NCBI GenBank assembly: GCA_003221515.1
Contig: QHSI01000101.1
Span: 2,753-66,752 of the forward strand
Direction: 5' to 3'
DNA length: 64,000 nucleotides
DNA from: Candidatus Rokuibacteriota bacterium
Lineage (GTDB): Bacteria > Methylomirabilota > Methylomirabilia > Rokubacteriales > CSP1-6
Shown here: in pieces, positions 9,201 to 18,875 of the stretch
Layout: the number at the start of each line of letters is the position of its first letter
Position numbering within the stretch: position 1 is the stretch's first letter
The notes under the pieces: generated by a model
Seen by the model: only the letters and a program-made list of their open reading frames with translations
Database searches by the model: none
Told to the model about the DNA's origin: nothing
Position numbers and translations under genes: made by a program

Positions 9201-11543
9201 TCAAGACCGGAGCATGAGCCGCAGCAGGCTCTCGGACCTGATCGGCGTGCTCGTGATCCGGGCACCGAAGCGGCTCAGCGCGTCCTCGACGGCGGCGGCG
9301 ATCGCCGCCGGAGGGGCCAGCGCGCCGCCCTCGCCGACGCCCTTCACGCCGAGCGGATTGAGCGGGCTCGGCGTGACGACGTTGGCGATCTTGAGCGGCG
9401 GGACCTGCTCGGCCGACGGCATCGTGTACTCCAGCAGCGTCTGGGTCCGCGGCTGGCCGCTCACGTCGTACGCGAGCTCCTCGTAGAGTGCGCCGCCGAG
9501 CCCCTGAGCGAAGCCGCCGTGGATCTGTCCCTCGACGATGAGCGGGTTGATCAGCCGGCCCGCGTCGCTCACCACGGCGTAGTCCGCGATCGAGACGACG
9601 CCGGTGTCGCGGTCGATCTCCACGACCGCGACGTGGAGTCCGCTCGCGAAGGTCGGTCGAGGCGCCAGGAAGTAGTGCGTGGCCTCGAGCCCCGGGGTCA
9701 TCCCGTCCGGCAGCGGCGAGCCGGGAGCGCACGCGGCCGCCAGCTCGGCGAGCGAGAGGTGACGGTGCGGAGCGCCGACGACGCGAACGACGCCGTCGGC
9801 GAGCTCGAGGTCGCGTTCGCCGACCTCGAGGCGATGGGCGGCCAGCCGTCGCGCCTTGGCGGCGACCATCTGGGCCGCGACCAGCGCGGCGCTGCCGGCC
9901 ACCACGGCGTTGCGGCTCGCGTAGGTGCCGACGCCAAAGGGGATCATCGCGGTGTCGCCGTGCCGCACCACCACGTCACCCGGTGTGAGCCCGAGCTCGT
10001 CCGCGACGATCTGGGCGAGGGCGGTGGCGGTCCCCTGCCCGTGCGGAGACGCGCCGGTGACGAGCAGCACCTGTCCCGTCGCGTCGACCCGAAGCACGGC
10101 GCCCTCGTGCGGCCCGAGGCCCGTCAGCAGCACGTAGGCGGCGACGCCGATGCCGAGCAGGCGGCCGCGCTCGCCCTTGGCGCGCTCCGCGGCCTGCTCG
10201 GCGCGCCGCTCTCGATAGCGGGAGAGCGTCAGCGCGCGATCGAGGGCGCCCACGTAATCGCCGCTGTCGTAGACGATGGGGACCTGGGCCGACTCGGTCC
10301 CGACCTCCCACGGGAACTCGTCGCGGCCGATGAAGTTCAGGCGGCGGAGCTCGGCCGGGTCCATGCCGAGCTCACGCGCCAGATGGTCGACCGCGCGCTC
10401 GGTGGCGAAGACCGCCTCGGGCTGGCCGGCCCCGCGATACGCAGCCGCGGGCGCCTTGCACGTCAGCGCCGCGCGCACGCGGCAGGTGTAGTGCTTGATC
10501 CGGTACGGGCCCGGCAGGCTCGCCGCGGTGATCGAGGGGCACAGCACGCCGAGGCTTCGCGTATAGGCGCCCATGTCGGCGAGCAACTCGGCGCGCATCG
10601 CGAGGATCGTCCCGTCGCGACGGGCGGCCAGCTCGATGTCGTGCCATTGCTCGCGCGCGTGAGCCGCCGTGGTCACGTGCTCGCGCCGGGTCTCGATCCA
10701 CTTCACGGGCGAGCCCAGGCGCATCGCCAGCAGGGGGACCAGGACCTCCTCGGCGTAGATCTCCTGCTTCACGCCGAAGCCGCCGCCCACGTCGGGAGCG
10801 ATCACGCGGATCCGGTGCTCGGCGAGCCCGAGCACGTCTCGCAGGACGTCGCGGACAGTATGCGGCCACTGCGTGGAGGTCCACACCGTGAGCCGCCCGG
10901 TACCGAGATCGTAGTCGGCAGCCACGCCGCGAGTCTCCAACGGCATCCCGGTGTACCGCTGAACGTAGTACCGCTCTCGCGTCACCACCTCGGCGGTTCT
11001 GAAGACCGCATCGGCGTCGCCGACCCGCACGGTGAAGTCCGCCGCGACGTTGCCCGCAACCTGGTCGTGGAGCAGCGTGGCGCCGGCGGCGACGGCCGCC
11101 TGAGCGTCGGGCACCGGATCGTACGGCTCGTACTCGATGGCCAGCGCGGCCGCGCCGTCCTCGGCCACGTAGCGGCTGGTGGCGACGACGGCGGCGATCG
11201 GCTCGCCGACGAAGCGCACCTTGCCGACCGCCAGCGGGGGCTGGCCGCACGCGCGCAGCGAGGGGTGCGCGATGATCGCGGGAATGTGGCGAAAGCCCCT
11301 GGCCGGCGGGAAGTCGGCCGCCGTGAAGACGCCCACGACGCCCTCGAGATCCGCCGCCGCTGGCGTGTCGACCCGGAAGCGCGCGTGTGGGTACATGCTG
11401 CGCGCGAGCGCCACGTGACGAACACCCGGAAGGCGCAGGTCGTCGAGGAACGCCGCCTGCCCGCGCAAGAGGCGCGGGTCCTCGAAGCGCGTCAGGGGCT
11501 GACCGGTGAATTGGGTTCGCACGTGGGCCGCCGAGGGAGTCAA
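9201..11543 (-). CDS. Xanthine dehydrogenase family molybdopterin-binding subunit (CoxL form-II-like), 780 aa
   Basis: '...IAPDVGGGFGVKQE...KAPAAAYRGAGQPEAVFATERAVDHLARELGMDPAELRRLNFI...' Ends 17 nt before puuD on the same strand. Confidence 0.9.
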   Translation of the reverse strand: MTPSAAHVRTQFTGQPLTRFEDPRLLRGQAAFLDDLRLPGVRHVALARSMYPHARFRVDTPAAADLEGVVGVFTAADFPPARGFRHIPAIIAHPSLRACGQPPLAVGKVRFVGEPIAAVVATSRYVAEDGAAALAIEYEPYDPVPDAQAAVAAGATLLHDQVAGNVAADFTVRVGDADAVFRTAEVVTRERYYVQRYTGMPLETRGVAADYDLGTGRLTVWTSTQWPHTVRDVLRDVLGLAEHRIRVIAPDVGGGFGVKQEIYAEEVLVPLLAMRLGSPVKWIETRREHVTTAAHAREQWHDIELAARRDGTILAMRAELLADMGAYTRSLGVLCPSITAASLPGPYRIKHYTCRVRAALTCKAPAAAYRGAGQPEAVFATERAVDHLARELGMDPAELRRLNFIGRDEFPWEVGTESAQVPIVYDSGDYVGALDRALTLSRYRERRAEQAAERAKGERGRLLGIGVAAYVLLTGLGPHEGAVLRVDATGQVLLVTGASPHGQGTATALAQIVADELGLTPGDVVVRHGDTAMIPFGVGTYASRNAVVAGSAALVAAQMVAAKARRLAAHRLEVGERDLELADGVVRVVGAPHRHLSLAELAAACAPGSPLPDGMTPGLEATHYFLAPRPTFASGLHVAVVEIDRDTGVVSIADYAVVSDAGRLINPLIVEGQIHGGFAQGLGGALYEELAYDVSGQPRTQTLLEYTMPSAEQVPPLKIANVVTPSPLNPLGVKGVGEGGALAPPAAIAAAVEDALSRFGARITSTPIRSESLLRLMLRS

Positions 11544-11560
11544 TTATATAATCCCGCGGC

Positions 11561-12775
11561 ATGAGGATCCTCCTCGGCCCCGGACCCACGATGGCCGATC
11601 CGCGCGTGCTGCGCGCGATGTCGACGCCGCTCCTCGGCCAGTTCGACCCGGAGTTCACGGCGATCATGGGCGAGGTCGTCGAGCTCTCGCGCTTCGCGTT
11701 CCAGACTGCGAACGAGCGCGCGTTCCCGGTGCCGGGCACGGGGCGCGCCGGCCTGGAGGCCGCGATCGTCTCGCTGGTCGAGCCCGGCGATCGGGTCGTC
11801 GTGGCCGAGTGCGGCCGCTTCGGGCTCCTGACGATCGAGATCGCCGAGCGGTGCGGCGCCGAGGTCGTCCCAGTGCGCGGCGAGTGGGGGCGGATCATCG
11901 AGCCAGACGCGATCGCCGCGGCGCTCGAGGGAGGGCGCACCAAGGTCGTTGCGCTCGTCCACGGGGAGACGTCGACCGGCGTGCTCCAGCCACTCGAGGA
12001 GATCGTGCGCCTGGCCCACCAGCACGGCGCGCTGGTCGTCGCCGACTGCGTCGTCACGCTCGGCGGGTGCGAGGTCCCGGTCGACCGGTGGGCCGTCGAC
12101 GTTGCGACCGCCGGCACCCAGAAGTGCCTGAGCTGCCCGTCGGGGCTGGCGCCGGTGACGTTCAGCGCGCGGGCCGAGAGCGTCATCAGAGAACGACGGA
12201 CCAAGATCCGCAGCAACTATCTCGACCTCGGCCAGCTCGCGGACTACTGGAGCCCGGCTCGCTTCAACCATCACACCGCCCCGACCTCGATGGTGTACGG
12301 CTTGCGCGAGGCGCTCTGCGCGGTGCGCGAAGAAGGGCTCGCGGCCCGCTTCGCCCGCCATCGTCTGCACGGCGACGCGCTGCGCGCCGGCATCGACGCG
12401 CTCGGCCTTTCGCTCTTCGGCAAGGAGCCGCCGGAGCGGCGGCTGCCGTTCATCACCCCCGTGGTCGTGCCGGAAGGCGTCGACGAGCTTCGCGTTCGGC
12501 GCCGACTCATCGAGGACTTCGACATCGAGATCGGCGCCGCGTTCGGGCCGCTCCAGGGGAAGATCTGGCGCATCGGCACCATGGGATACTCGGCGCAGCG
12601 ACAGAACATCCTGCTCTGCCTCGGCGCCCTCGAGCATGTGCTGCGCCACGAAGGCGTTCGCACCGCCGCCGGCGCAGGCGTCCACGCCGCGTTGGCCCAC
12701 TACACCGCCGCCGGCGTCACCGGCGTTCTGGACGTCGACGATAACCTCGGCGCAACCGGCATTGGTCGCATATGA
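11561..12775 (+). CDS. Class-V aminotransferase (alanine/serine-glyoxylate type; candidate (S)-ureidoglycine-glyoxylate aminotransferase PucG-like), 404 aa
   Basis: 'MRILLGPGPTMADPRVLRAM...' carries the AGXT-family N-terminus 'LLxPGPT'. 404 aa with no interruptions. Context: between xdh-puuD-uraDH and puuE. Confidence 0.8.
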   Translation: MRILLGPGPTMADPRVLRAMSTPLLGQFDPEFTAIMGEVVELSRFAFQTANERAFPVPGTGRAGLEAAIVSLVEPGDRVVVAECGRFGLLTIEIAERCGAEVVPVRGEWGRIIEPDAIAAALEGGRTKVVALVHGETSTGVLQPLEEIVRLAHQHGALVVADCVVTLGGCEVPVDRWAVDVATAGTQKCLSCPSGLAPVTFSARAESVIRERRTKIRSNYLDLGQLADYWSPARFNHHTAPTSMVYGLREALCAVREEGLAARFARHRLHGDALRAGIDALGLSLFGKEPPERRLPFITPVVVPEGVDELRVRRRLIEDFDIEIGAAFGPLQGKIWRIGTMGYSAQRQNILLCLGALEHVLRHEGVRTAAGAGVHAALAHYTAAGVTGVLDVDDNLGATGIGRI

Positions 12776-12843
12776 CCCCCACGCGCAAGACACCGACGCG
12801 TTCGAGCGCGGGCTTCGCCCGCGCAACTGATCCGGGGGGGAGG

Positions 12844-12876
12844 CCTCGGAGGGGGCCATCGAGGCCCCCTCCGAAG
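12844..12876 (+). promoter_or_regulatory. Strong GC hairpin (13/14-bp stem, 5-nt loop) between the aminotransferase and puuE. Its 3' arm abuts the puuE ribosome-binding site.
   Basis: CCTCGGAGGGGGCC (12844-12857), loop ATCGA, GGCCCCCTCCGAAG (12863-12876). A third copy of GCCCCCCTCCGAG lies at 12892-12905. Confidence 0.5.
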
Positions 12877-12879
12877 AGG

Positions 12880-13881
12880 ATGGGGGGCAAAGCCCCCCTC
12901 CGAGTTGCTTACCCGCGCGATCTCGTCGGCTACGGCAAGACGCCGCCGGATCCGAAGTGGCCGGGCGGAGCCCGGCTCGCGCTCCAGATCGTCATGAACT
13001 ACGAAGAAGGCGGCGAGCGATCGATCCTGCACGGCGACGGCGAGGCCGAGGCGTTCCTGCAGGAAGTCGTGGGCATGCCGGTCTTGAAGCGCGTGCGCAA
13101 CCTTCAGGTCGAGTCGATGTACGAGTACGGGACCCGCGCGGGGTTCTGGCGCCTCATGCGCATCTTCGCCCAGCACGGCGTCAAGATCAGCGTGTTCGCC
13201 GTGGCCATGGCGCTCGAGCGACACCCGGACGCTGCCGCCGCCATCGTCGAGGCCGGGCACGAAGTCGTGAGCCACGGCTGGCGCTGGATCGACTATCAGT
13301 TCGTGAGCGAGAAGGTCGAGCGCGCACACATGCGTCGCGCCGTCGAGAGCCTCACGCGCCTGACCGGCAGCCGCCCGCTCGGCTGGTACACGGGACGCCT
13401 CAGTCCCAATACGCGCCGCCTGGTCGTCGAGGAAGGCGGGTTCCTCTACGACGCCGACGCCTACGACGACGACCTGCCGTACTGGACCCAGGTCTCGGGC
13501 AAGCCGCATCTCGTCGTTCCATATACCCTGGACAACAACGACATGAAGTTCGCGCTGCCCGGCGGGTTCGCCACGGGCGACGAGTGGCTCGCCTACGTCC
13601 GAGACGCCTTCGACCACCTCTACGCCGAAGGTGTCGATCATCCGAAGATGATGTCGATCGGCCTACACATGCGGCTCATGGGACGGCCCGGGCGCGCCGC
13701 CGCGCTCGCGCACTTCCTCGATCACGTCGCGCGGCACGACCGGGTGTGGGTCTGCCGGCGCGTCGACATCGCCCGGCACTGGATGGAGCACCATCCCTAT
13801 CGAGTGGCAGTGCGCGCCGCAGGCCGTCGCGGGGCTGGGGTCCCGCCGGCCGAGGCGCGCGAAGACAGGGAGGCGACCTGA
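12880..13881 (+). CDS. puuE: Allantoinase, PuuE type (polysaccharide-deacetylase fold), 333 aa
   Basis: ATG at 12880 preceded by GAAGAGGA. 'MGGKAPLRVAYPRDLVGYGKTPPDPKWPGGARLALQIVMNYEEGGERSILHGDGEAEAF...' matches the PuuE N-terminus. The 5' portion of the track ORF (12772-12879) is a non-coding run-in. Confidence 0.85.
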   Translation: MGGKAPLRVAYPRDLVGYGKTPPDPKWPGGARLALQIVMNYEEGGERSILHGDGEAEAFLQEVVGMPVLKRVRNLQVESMYEYGTRAGFWRLMRIFAQHGVKISVFAVAMALERHPDAAAAIVEAGHEVVSHGWRWIDYQFVSEKVERAHMRRAVESLTRLTGSRPLGWYTGRLSPNTRRLVVEEGGFLYDADAYDDDLPYWTQVSGKPHLVVPYTLDNNDMKFALPGGFATGDEWLAYVRDAFDHLYAEGVDHPKMMSIGLHMRLMGRPGRAAALAHFLDHVARHDRVWVCRRVDIARHWMEHHPYRVAVRAAGRRGAGVPPAEAREDREAT

Positions 13882-13882
13882 C

Positions 13883-15295
13883 ATGGCCTACAAAGATCTC
13901 CGCGAGTACCTGGCCGCGCTCGAGACGCGAGGCAAGCTCCACCACGTGAAGAAAGAGGTCGACGGCGATTGGGAGGTCGCCGCGGTCATCCGCCGCGTCT
14001 TCCAGCGGCTGCCGCCGGCGCGCCGGCCGGCGGTGATGTTCGAGCGCGTCAAGGGCTTCAGCATCCCAGTGGTCGCGGGCATCCTCGGCGCCTCGCCCGA
14101 GGTGTACGCGCTGGCGCTCGAGACCACCGTGGACCAGATCGCCGACAAGTGGGCGCAGGCGCAGAGCCGGCCGATCCCGCCCGTGCGCGTTGCCACGGGC
14201 CCTGTGAAGGACGTGATCCTGACCGGCGATCGGATCGACGCGACGACGCTGCCGCTCTGCCGCTGGACGCGCGATCAGGACCCGGCGCCCTACGTCACCG
14301 GGCCGTGCGTGATCTCCCAGGACCCGGAGACCGGCGAGCGCAACATGGGCACGTACCGGCTCATGCTCAAGGGTCCGCGGAAGTTCGGCCTGTTCCTCAG
14401 CACCACGTGGCGCGACATGTACGCGCACCTCATGAAGAACGAGAAGAACGGCAAGCCCACGCCGTGCGCCGTCGTGATCGGCTGCGATCCGCCTGTGCCG
14501 CTGACGTCGGTGGCCCGGATCCGCGGTGACGAGCTCGGTGTCGCCGGCGCGCTCCGCGGCGCCCCGCTGGAAGTCGTGAAGTGCGAGACGCACGATCTCG
14601 AGGTGCCGGCGCACGCCGAGATCGTGATCGAGGGGTTCGTGCCCGCCGGCGTGCGCGAGCACGAGGGGCCGTTCGGCGAGTACACGGGCTACATGGGCTC
14701 CTCGGGTCCGAGCTTCGTGATCGAGGTGACCGCGATCACGCACCGCAGGGACCCCATCTACCAGGCTTTCTTCAGCCAGATGCCGCCGAGCGAGTCGAGC
14801 TGCATCCGCGGCACCGGACGCGACGTGGCGCTGCTCCAGTACATGCGGCGCGATCTGAGGCTCCCGGTGCGCGACGTGCACTTGCTCGAGGCCGGCGGTG
14901 GCGCCGCGTTCCTGGCGATCTCGCTCCGGCGCGATCATCCGGCCCTGCCCCAGCGGGCGATGTGGGCGGCGTGGGCGTACGACCCGTCGTTCTCCAAGTG
15001 GGTGGTGGTCGTCGACGAGGACATCGACGTGCGCGACTACTTCCAGGTGCTGTGGGCTATGTCCTGGCACGTGCAGCCCGAGCACGACCTCTACGTCAAC
15101 CGGGGCACGGCCGGGGTCGCGCTCGACCCGTCGGTCGCCGAGGAGGACGTGAACCAGCTCGAGCGCAAGACCGTGCTTTCGTCCAAGGTGGGTGTCGACG
15201 CCACGCGCAAGCACAAGTTCCCGGCCCGCTCGGTTCCGCCGAAAGAGGATCTGGACCGGGTGGACGCGCACTGGGCCGAATACGGCCTGGAGTGA
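13883..15295 (+). CDS. UbiD-family (prFMN-dependent) decarboxylase, 470 aa
   Basis: 'MAYKDLREYLAALETRGKLHHVKKEVDGDWEVAAVIRR...GPFGEYTGYMG...' is the typical UbiD N-terminus and core. It starts 2 nt after the puuE stop. Confidence 0.85.
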   Translation: MAYKDLREYLAALETRGKLHHVKKEVDGDWEVAAVIRRVFQRLPPARRPAVMFERVKGFSIPVVAGILGASPEVYALALETTVDQIADKWAQAQSRPIPPVRVATGPVKDVILTGDRIDATTLPLCRWTRDQDPAPYVTGPCVISQDPETGERNMGTYRLMLKGPRKFGLFLSTTWRDMYAHLMKNEKNGKPTPCAVVIGCDPPVPLTSVARIRGDELGVAGALRGAPLEVVKCETHDLEVPAHAEIVIEGFVPAGVREHEGPFGEYTGYMGSSGPSFVIEVTAITHRRDPIYQAFFSQMPPSESSCIRGTGRDVALLQYMRRDLRLPVRDVHLLEAGGGAAFLAISLRRDHPALPQRAMWAAWAYDPSFSKWVVVVDEDIDVRDYFQVLWAMSWHVQPEHDLYVNRGTAGVALDPSVAEEDVNQLERKTVLSSKVGVDATRKHKFPARSVPPKEDLDRVDAHWAEYGLE

Positions 15296-15375
15296 GGTAC
15301 GATAGCGGGACCTTTCTTCCCGTAGCACGTCCCTGACCCGACGATACCGTCCTGCCTCGGGCTAGGAGGAAGGCT

Positions 15376-17001
15376 ATGAGACCGCGGTCCTGGATTGTGT
15401 CGATGATCGTGATCCTGTCCCTCGGGGGTGCCGGCCAGGCACTGGGTCAGCCCAAGGCTCCCGGCCGGGCCGAGGCACCGACGGGCACCCTCACGGTCGC
15501 GGTGGCGACCTTCGGCAACGAGCGCTGGCTTCCGCACCTTTACGTCGGGGCCGAGGACGTGGTGCTCAAGCCCATGTACGAGAATCTCCTCTCCCGTGAC
15601 CCCAAGACCGGCGAGCTTTCCCCGATGCTGGCCGAGCGCTGGAAGGTGGCCGACGGCGGCCGCGCCTGGACGTTCTATCTTCGCAAGGGCGTGCAGTTCC
15701 ACGGCGGCAAGGGCGAGTTCACCGCGGAAGACGTCCGGTTCACGTTCGCCACGCTCGCCAAGGAAGGCTCCGCGAACTCGCTGGCGCCGGAGTTCCGGCT
15801 GATCAAGAGCATGGAGATCGAGGACCCGTACACGATCACCGTGCGCTTCGAGAAGCCGTTCGTCGCGTTCGGCAACAAGGTCAACCAGGGATTGTTCGCG
15901 TCGGTCGCGTTCATCCAGTCCAAGCGCCACGTCGAGAGCACCAAGGAAGACGGCGCCGAGCGGCAGCCGATTGCGACGGGTCCGTGGAAGTTCGTGGAGC
16001 ACATCCGCGGCGACAAGATCGTCTACGAGGCCGTCGAGAACCACTGGCGGGCGACCCCGAACTTCAAGCGGCTGGTGTTCCTCAAGGTGCCGGAGCCGTC
16101 GACGCGGATGGCGATGTTACGGGCCGGCAGCGTCGACGTGATCGAGATCGGCGGCGAGTACTCCGACGAGCTGAAGAAGGTGGGCGTGCGGACGCTCGTG
16201 ATGCCCAACGTCTCCTGGCTCTACGTCATCCTGGGCGGCCAGTGGCCCACGAAGGCGACGTACGACCCCAAGGTGCCGTGGGCCCAGCCCGACGCCGAGC
16301 GGGCCCGCAAGGTGCGGCTCGCGCTCAACCTGGCGGTCGACAAGAACGCTGTCATGCAGCGGGTGCTCGGGGGCCTGGGCACGGTGATGGGAAGCTGGCT
16401 CTCCTATCCGAGCGACCCGTGGGCGTCCGACGCGTTGAAGAAGCCGTACCCGTACGATCCGGCGAAGGCCAAGGCGTTGCTCGCGGAGGCGGGCTATCCG
16501 AACGGCTTCGAGACCACCATGAACCTCACGGCGTGGCCGGGCCGCGGGTTCTTGCCCGACGTCGGCGAAGCGGTCGCGACCTACTGGGAGAAGATCGGCG
16601 TCAAGGTGAAGCGCCGCCCGATCGACCGTGCCGTCTTCGCGTCCGACTTCAGGGCGCGCGCGTACTCCGGCGTGAGCGTCGCGTACGCGTCCCCGCTGGT
16701 GGCCCCGGAGCCGTGGGAGGTCGTCTATCGCGCCGGCTACACGAAGGCCGCGCTGTGCCTGTTCATGGAGCACCCGAAGCTCGACGAGTTCATCGATCGC
16801 CTCGCGGTCCAGCCGAGCTTCCAGGAGCGCGTGCGCATCATGCGCGATGAGATGGGCCCGTGGCTCCATGAGTACGTCCCCGGCGTCGCGATCGGCGCCG
16901 CCCACGCGATCGCAGGCGTGGGACCGAAGGTCGGCGAGTGGCCGCTGATCGCGGGGCACATGGGCTTCCACAACTGGGAATACGTCGGGCACAAGAAGTA
17001 G
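15376..17001 (+). CDS. ABC transporter substrate-binding protein, family 5 (peptide/nickel type), 541 aa, signal peptide
   Basis: 'MRPRSWIVSMIVILSLGGAGQALG' signal. 'LSPMLAERWKVADGGRAWTFYLRKGVQFHGG' SBP_bac_5 motif. Confidence 0.9.
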   Translation: MRPRSWIVSMIVILSLGGAGQALGQPKAPGRAEAPTGTLTVAVATFGNERWLPHLYVGAEDVVLKPMYENLLSRDPKTGELSPMLAERWKVADGGRAWTFYLRKGVQFHGGKGEFTAEDVRFTFATLAKEGSANSLAPEFRLIKSMEIEDPYTITVRFEKPFVAFGNKVNQGLFASVAFIQSKRHVESTKEDGAERQPIATGPWKFVEHIRGDKIVYEAVENHWRATPNFKRLVFLKVPEPSTRMAMLRAGSVDVIEIGGEYSDELKKVGVRTLVMPNVSWLYVILGGQWPTKATYDPKVPWAQPDAERARKVRLALNLAVDKNAVMQRVLGGLGTVMGSWLSYPSDPWASDALKKPYPYDPAKAKALLAEAGYPNGFETTMNLTAWPGRGFLPDVGEAVATYWEKIGVKVKRRPIDRAVFASDFRARAYSGVSVAYASPLVAPEPWEVVYRAGYTKAALCLFMEHPKLDEFIDRLAVQPSFQERVRIMRDEMGPWLHEYVPGVAIGAAHAIAGVGPKVGEWPLIAGHMGFHNWEYVGHKK

Positions 17002-17041
17002 TGCGTGCGCAACTGGGAATACGTCGGGCGCGCCCGGTAGC

Positions 17042-17965
17042 ATGTGGCGCTATCTCATCGGCCGCGCCCTGCAGACGCTGCTGAGCATGCTGGTGGTGAT
17101 CAGCATCGTGTTCTTCCTGACGCGGCTCTCCGGCAATCCCGTCCACCTGCTGCTGGACGTGAACGCCAGCGAGCGGGACCAGCAGATCCTCATGCATCAC
17201 CTGGGCCTCGACAAGCCCCTGCCCGTGCAGTACGGCATCTACGTCATGAACATCTTCGTGGGTGACTTCGGCAACTCCGTGCTGACCCGGCGCCCGGTCA
17301 CCGAGCACATCTGGGAGCGCCTGCCGGCGACGGTCGAGCTCGGGTTCGTCGCGATGTTCTTGAGCGTCCTCATCGGCGTGCCGCTCGGCATGTACTCGGC
17401 CGTGCACCGCGGCAGCATGCTGGACAGCGCGGCGCGCGTGTTCGCCGTGCTCGGCCAGTCCATGCCCGCGTTCTGGCTCGGGCTGATGCTGATCTTGATC
17501 TTCGCCGTCGTGCTCGGCTTGTTCCCGGCCGGCGGCCGGGGCGGGGTCGAGAACATCGTCCTGCCCGCCTTCACGCTCGGCTACTTCACGTCGGCGGCGA
17601 TCCTGCGCCTGACCCGTTCCGCGATGCTGGAGGTGCTCGGCTCCGACTACATCAAGTTCGCGCGGCTCAAGGGACTGCACGAGCAGATCGTGCTGTGGAA
17701 GCACGGCCTGAAGAACGCCCTGCTGCCCGTCGTCACCTTCGCGGTCATGCTGTTCGTGCAGTTCCTGGGCGGCGCGGTGGTCACCGAGACCGTGTTCGCG
17801 TGGCCGGGGCTCGGGCGGCTGATCCTCGAGTCGATCACCACGCGCGACTATCCGATCGTGCAGGCCGGCGTGCTCGTGCTGAGCGCGCTCTACCTCGTCG
17901 GCAACCTCTTCGTGGACGTCCTGTACAGCTATCTCAATCCGAGGATCCGCCATGCCCGCGCCTAG
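17042..17965 (+). CDS. ABC transporter permease (DppB/OppB-like), 307 aa
   Basis: 'MWRYLIGRALQTLLSMLVV...' with the BPD_transp_1 signature region. Confidence 0.9.
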   Translation: MWRYLIGRALQTLLSMLVVISIVFFLTRLSGNPVHLLLDVNASERDQQILMHHLGLDKPLPVQYGIYVMNIFVGDFGNSVLTRRPVTEHIWERLPATVELGFVAMFLSVLIGVPLGMYSAVHRGSMLDSAARVFAVLGQSMPAFWLGLMLILIFAVVLGLFPAGGRGGVENIVLPAFTLGYFTSAAILRLTRSAMLEVLGSDYIKFARLKGLHEQIVLWKHGLKNALLPVVTFAVMLFVQFLGGAVVTETVFAWPGLGRLILESITTRDYPIVQAGVLVLSALYLVGNLFVDVLYSYLNPRIRHARA

Positions 17966-18875
17966 CCGCGAGCTCCCCTGGTTCCCCGGCGCGATCCTGG
18001 CCGCGCTCGTGCTCACCGCGGTGTTCGCGCCGTACCTGGCGCCGCAGAGCCCGACCGAGGGCGACATCACCCAGAAGCTGATCCCGCCGGTCTGGATGGA
18101 GCGCGGCGAGGGCCGGCACCCGCTGGGGACCGATCGCTTCGGGCGCGACGTGCTGAGTCGGGTCATCTACGGCAGCCGGATCTCGCTCGTGGTCTCGCTG
18201 CTCGCCATCGGCCTCTCGGGCACGTTCGGGACGGCGCTGGGGCTGATCTCCGGCTACCGCGGCGGCTTCACCGATTCGCTGCTGATGCGCTTCACCGACA
18301 TCGGCCTGTCGCTGCCGACGATCTTGATCGCGGTCGTGCTGGTCGCGGTGTCGGAGCCGAGCTTCCGCAACGTCGTCCTGGTCATCTCGCTCCTGCTCTG
18401 GCCGCGCTTCGCCCGGCAGATTCGCGGCGAGACGCTCGGGATCAAGGAGCAGGACTTCGTCGCGCTCGCCGTGGTCGCCGGGCGCTCGAGCACCTGGATC
18501 ATTTCCCGCCACATCTTTCCCAACGTGGTGCCGACCCTCCTGGTGATCTCGACGCTGCAGGTCGGCTACGTGATTCTGCTGGAGGGCACCCTGAGCTTCC
18601 TCGGCGTGGGCGTGCCGCCGCCGAATCCGGCCTGGGGACTGATGATCGCCGACGGGCGCGGCTTCCTGGCCACGGCGTGGTGGATCACGCTCTTCCCCGG
18701 CGTGGCGATGCTGTTGACCGTCCTGGCCGTCAACCTCATGGGCGACTGGCTCCGCGATCATCTGGATCCCAAGCTGCGCCAGCTCGGGAGCCGCGCCGAG
18801 ACCGAGCCGGCGGCGATCGAGCCGGTCCCGGAGGCGCGCCCCCGGGGCGCCGCCGCCGGCGCGGACGGAGGATAG
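17952..18875 (+). CDS. ABC transporter permease (DppC/OppC-like), 307 aa
   Basis: '...PLGTDRFGRDVLSRVIYGSRISL...' Overlaps the upstream permease by 14 nt. Confidence 0.9.
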   Translation: MPAPSRELPWFPGAILAALVLTAVFAPYLAPQSPTEGDITQKLIPPVWMERGEGRHPLGTDRFGRDVLSRVIYGSRISLVVSLLAIGLSGTFGTALGLISGYRGGFTDSLLMRFTDIGLSLPTILIAVVLVAVSEPSFRNVVLVISLLLWPRFARQIRGETLGIKEQDFVALAVVAGRSSTWIISRHIFPNVVPTLLVISTLQVGYVILLEGTLSFLGVGVPPPNPAWGLMIADGRGFLATAWWITLFPGVAMLLTVLAVNLMGDWLRDHLDPKLRQLGSRAETEPAAIEPVPEARPRGAAAGADGG

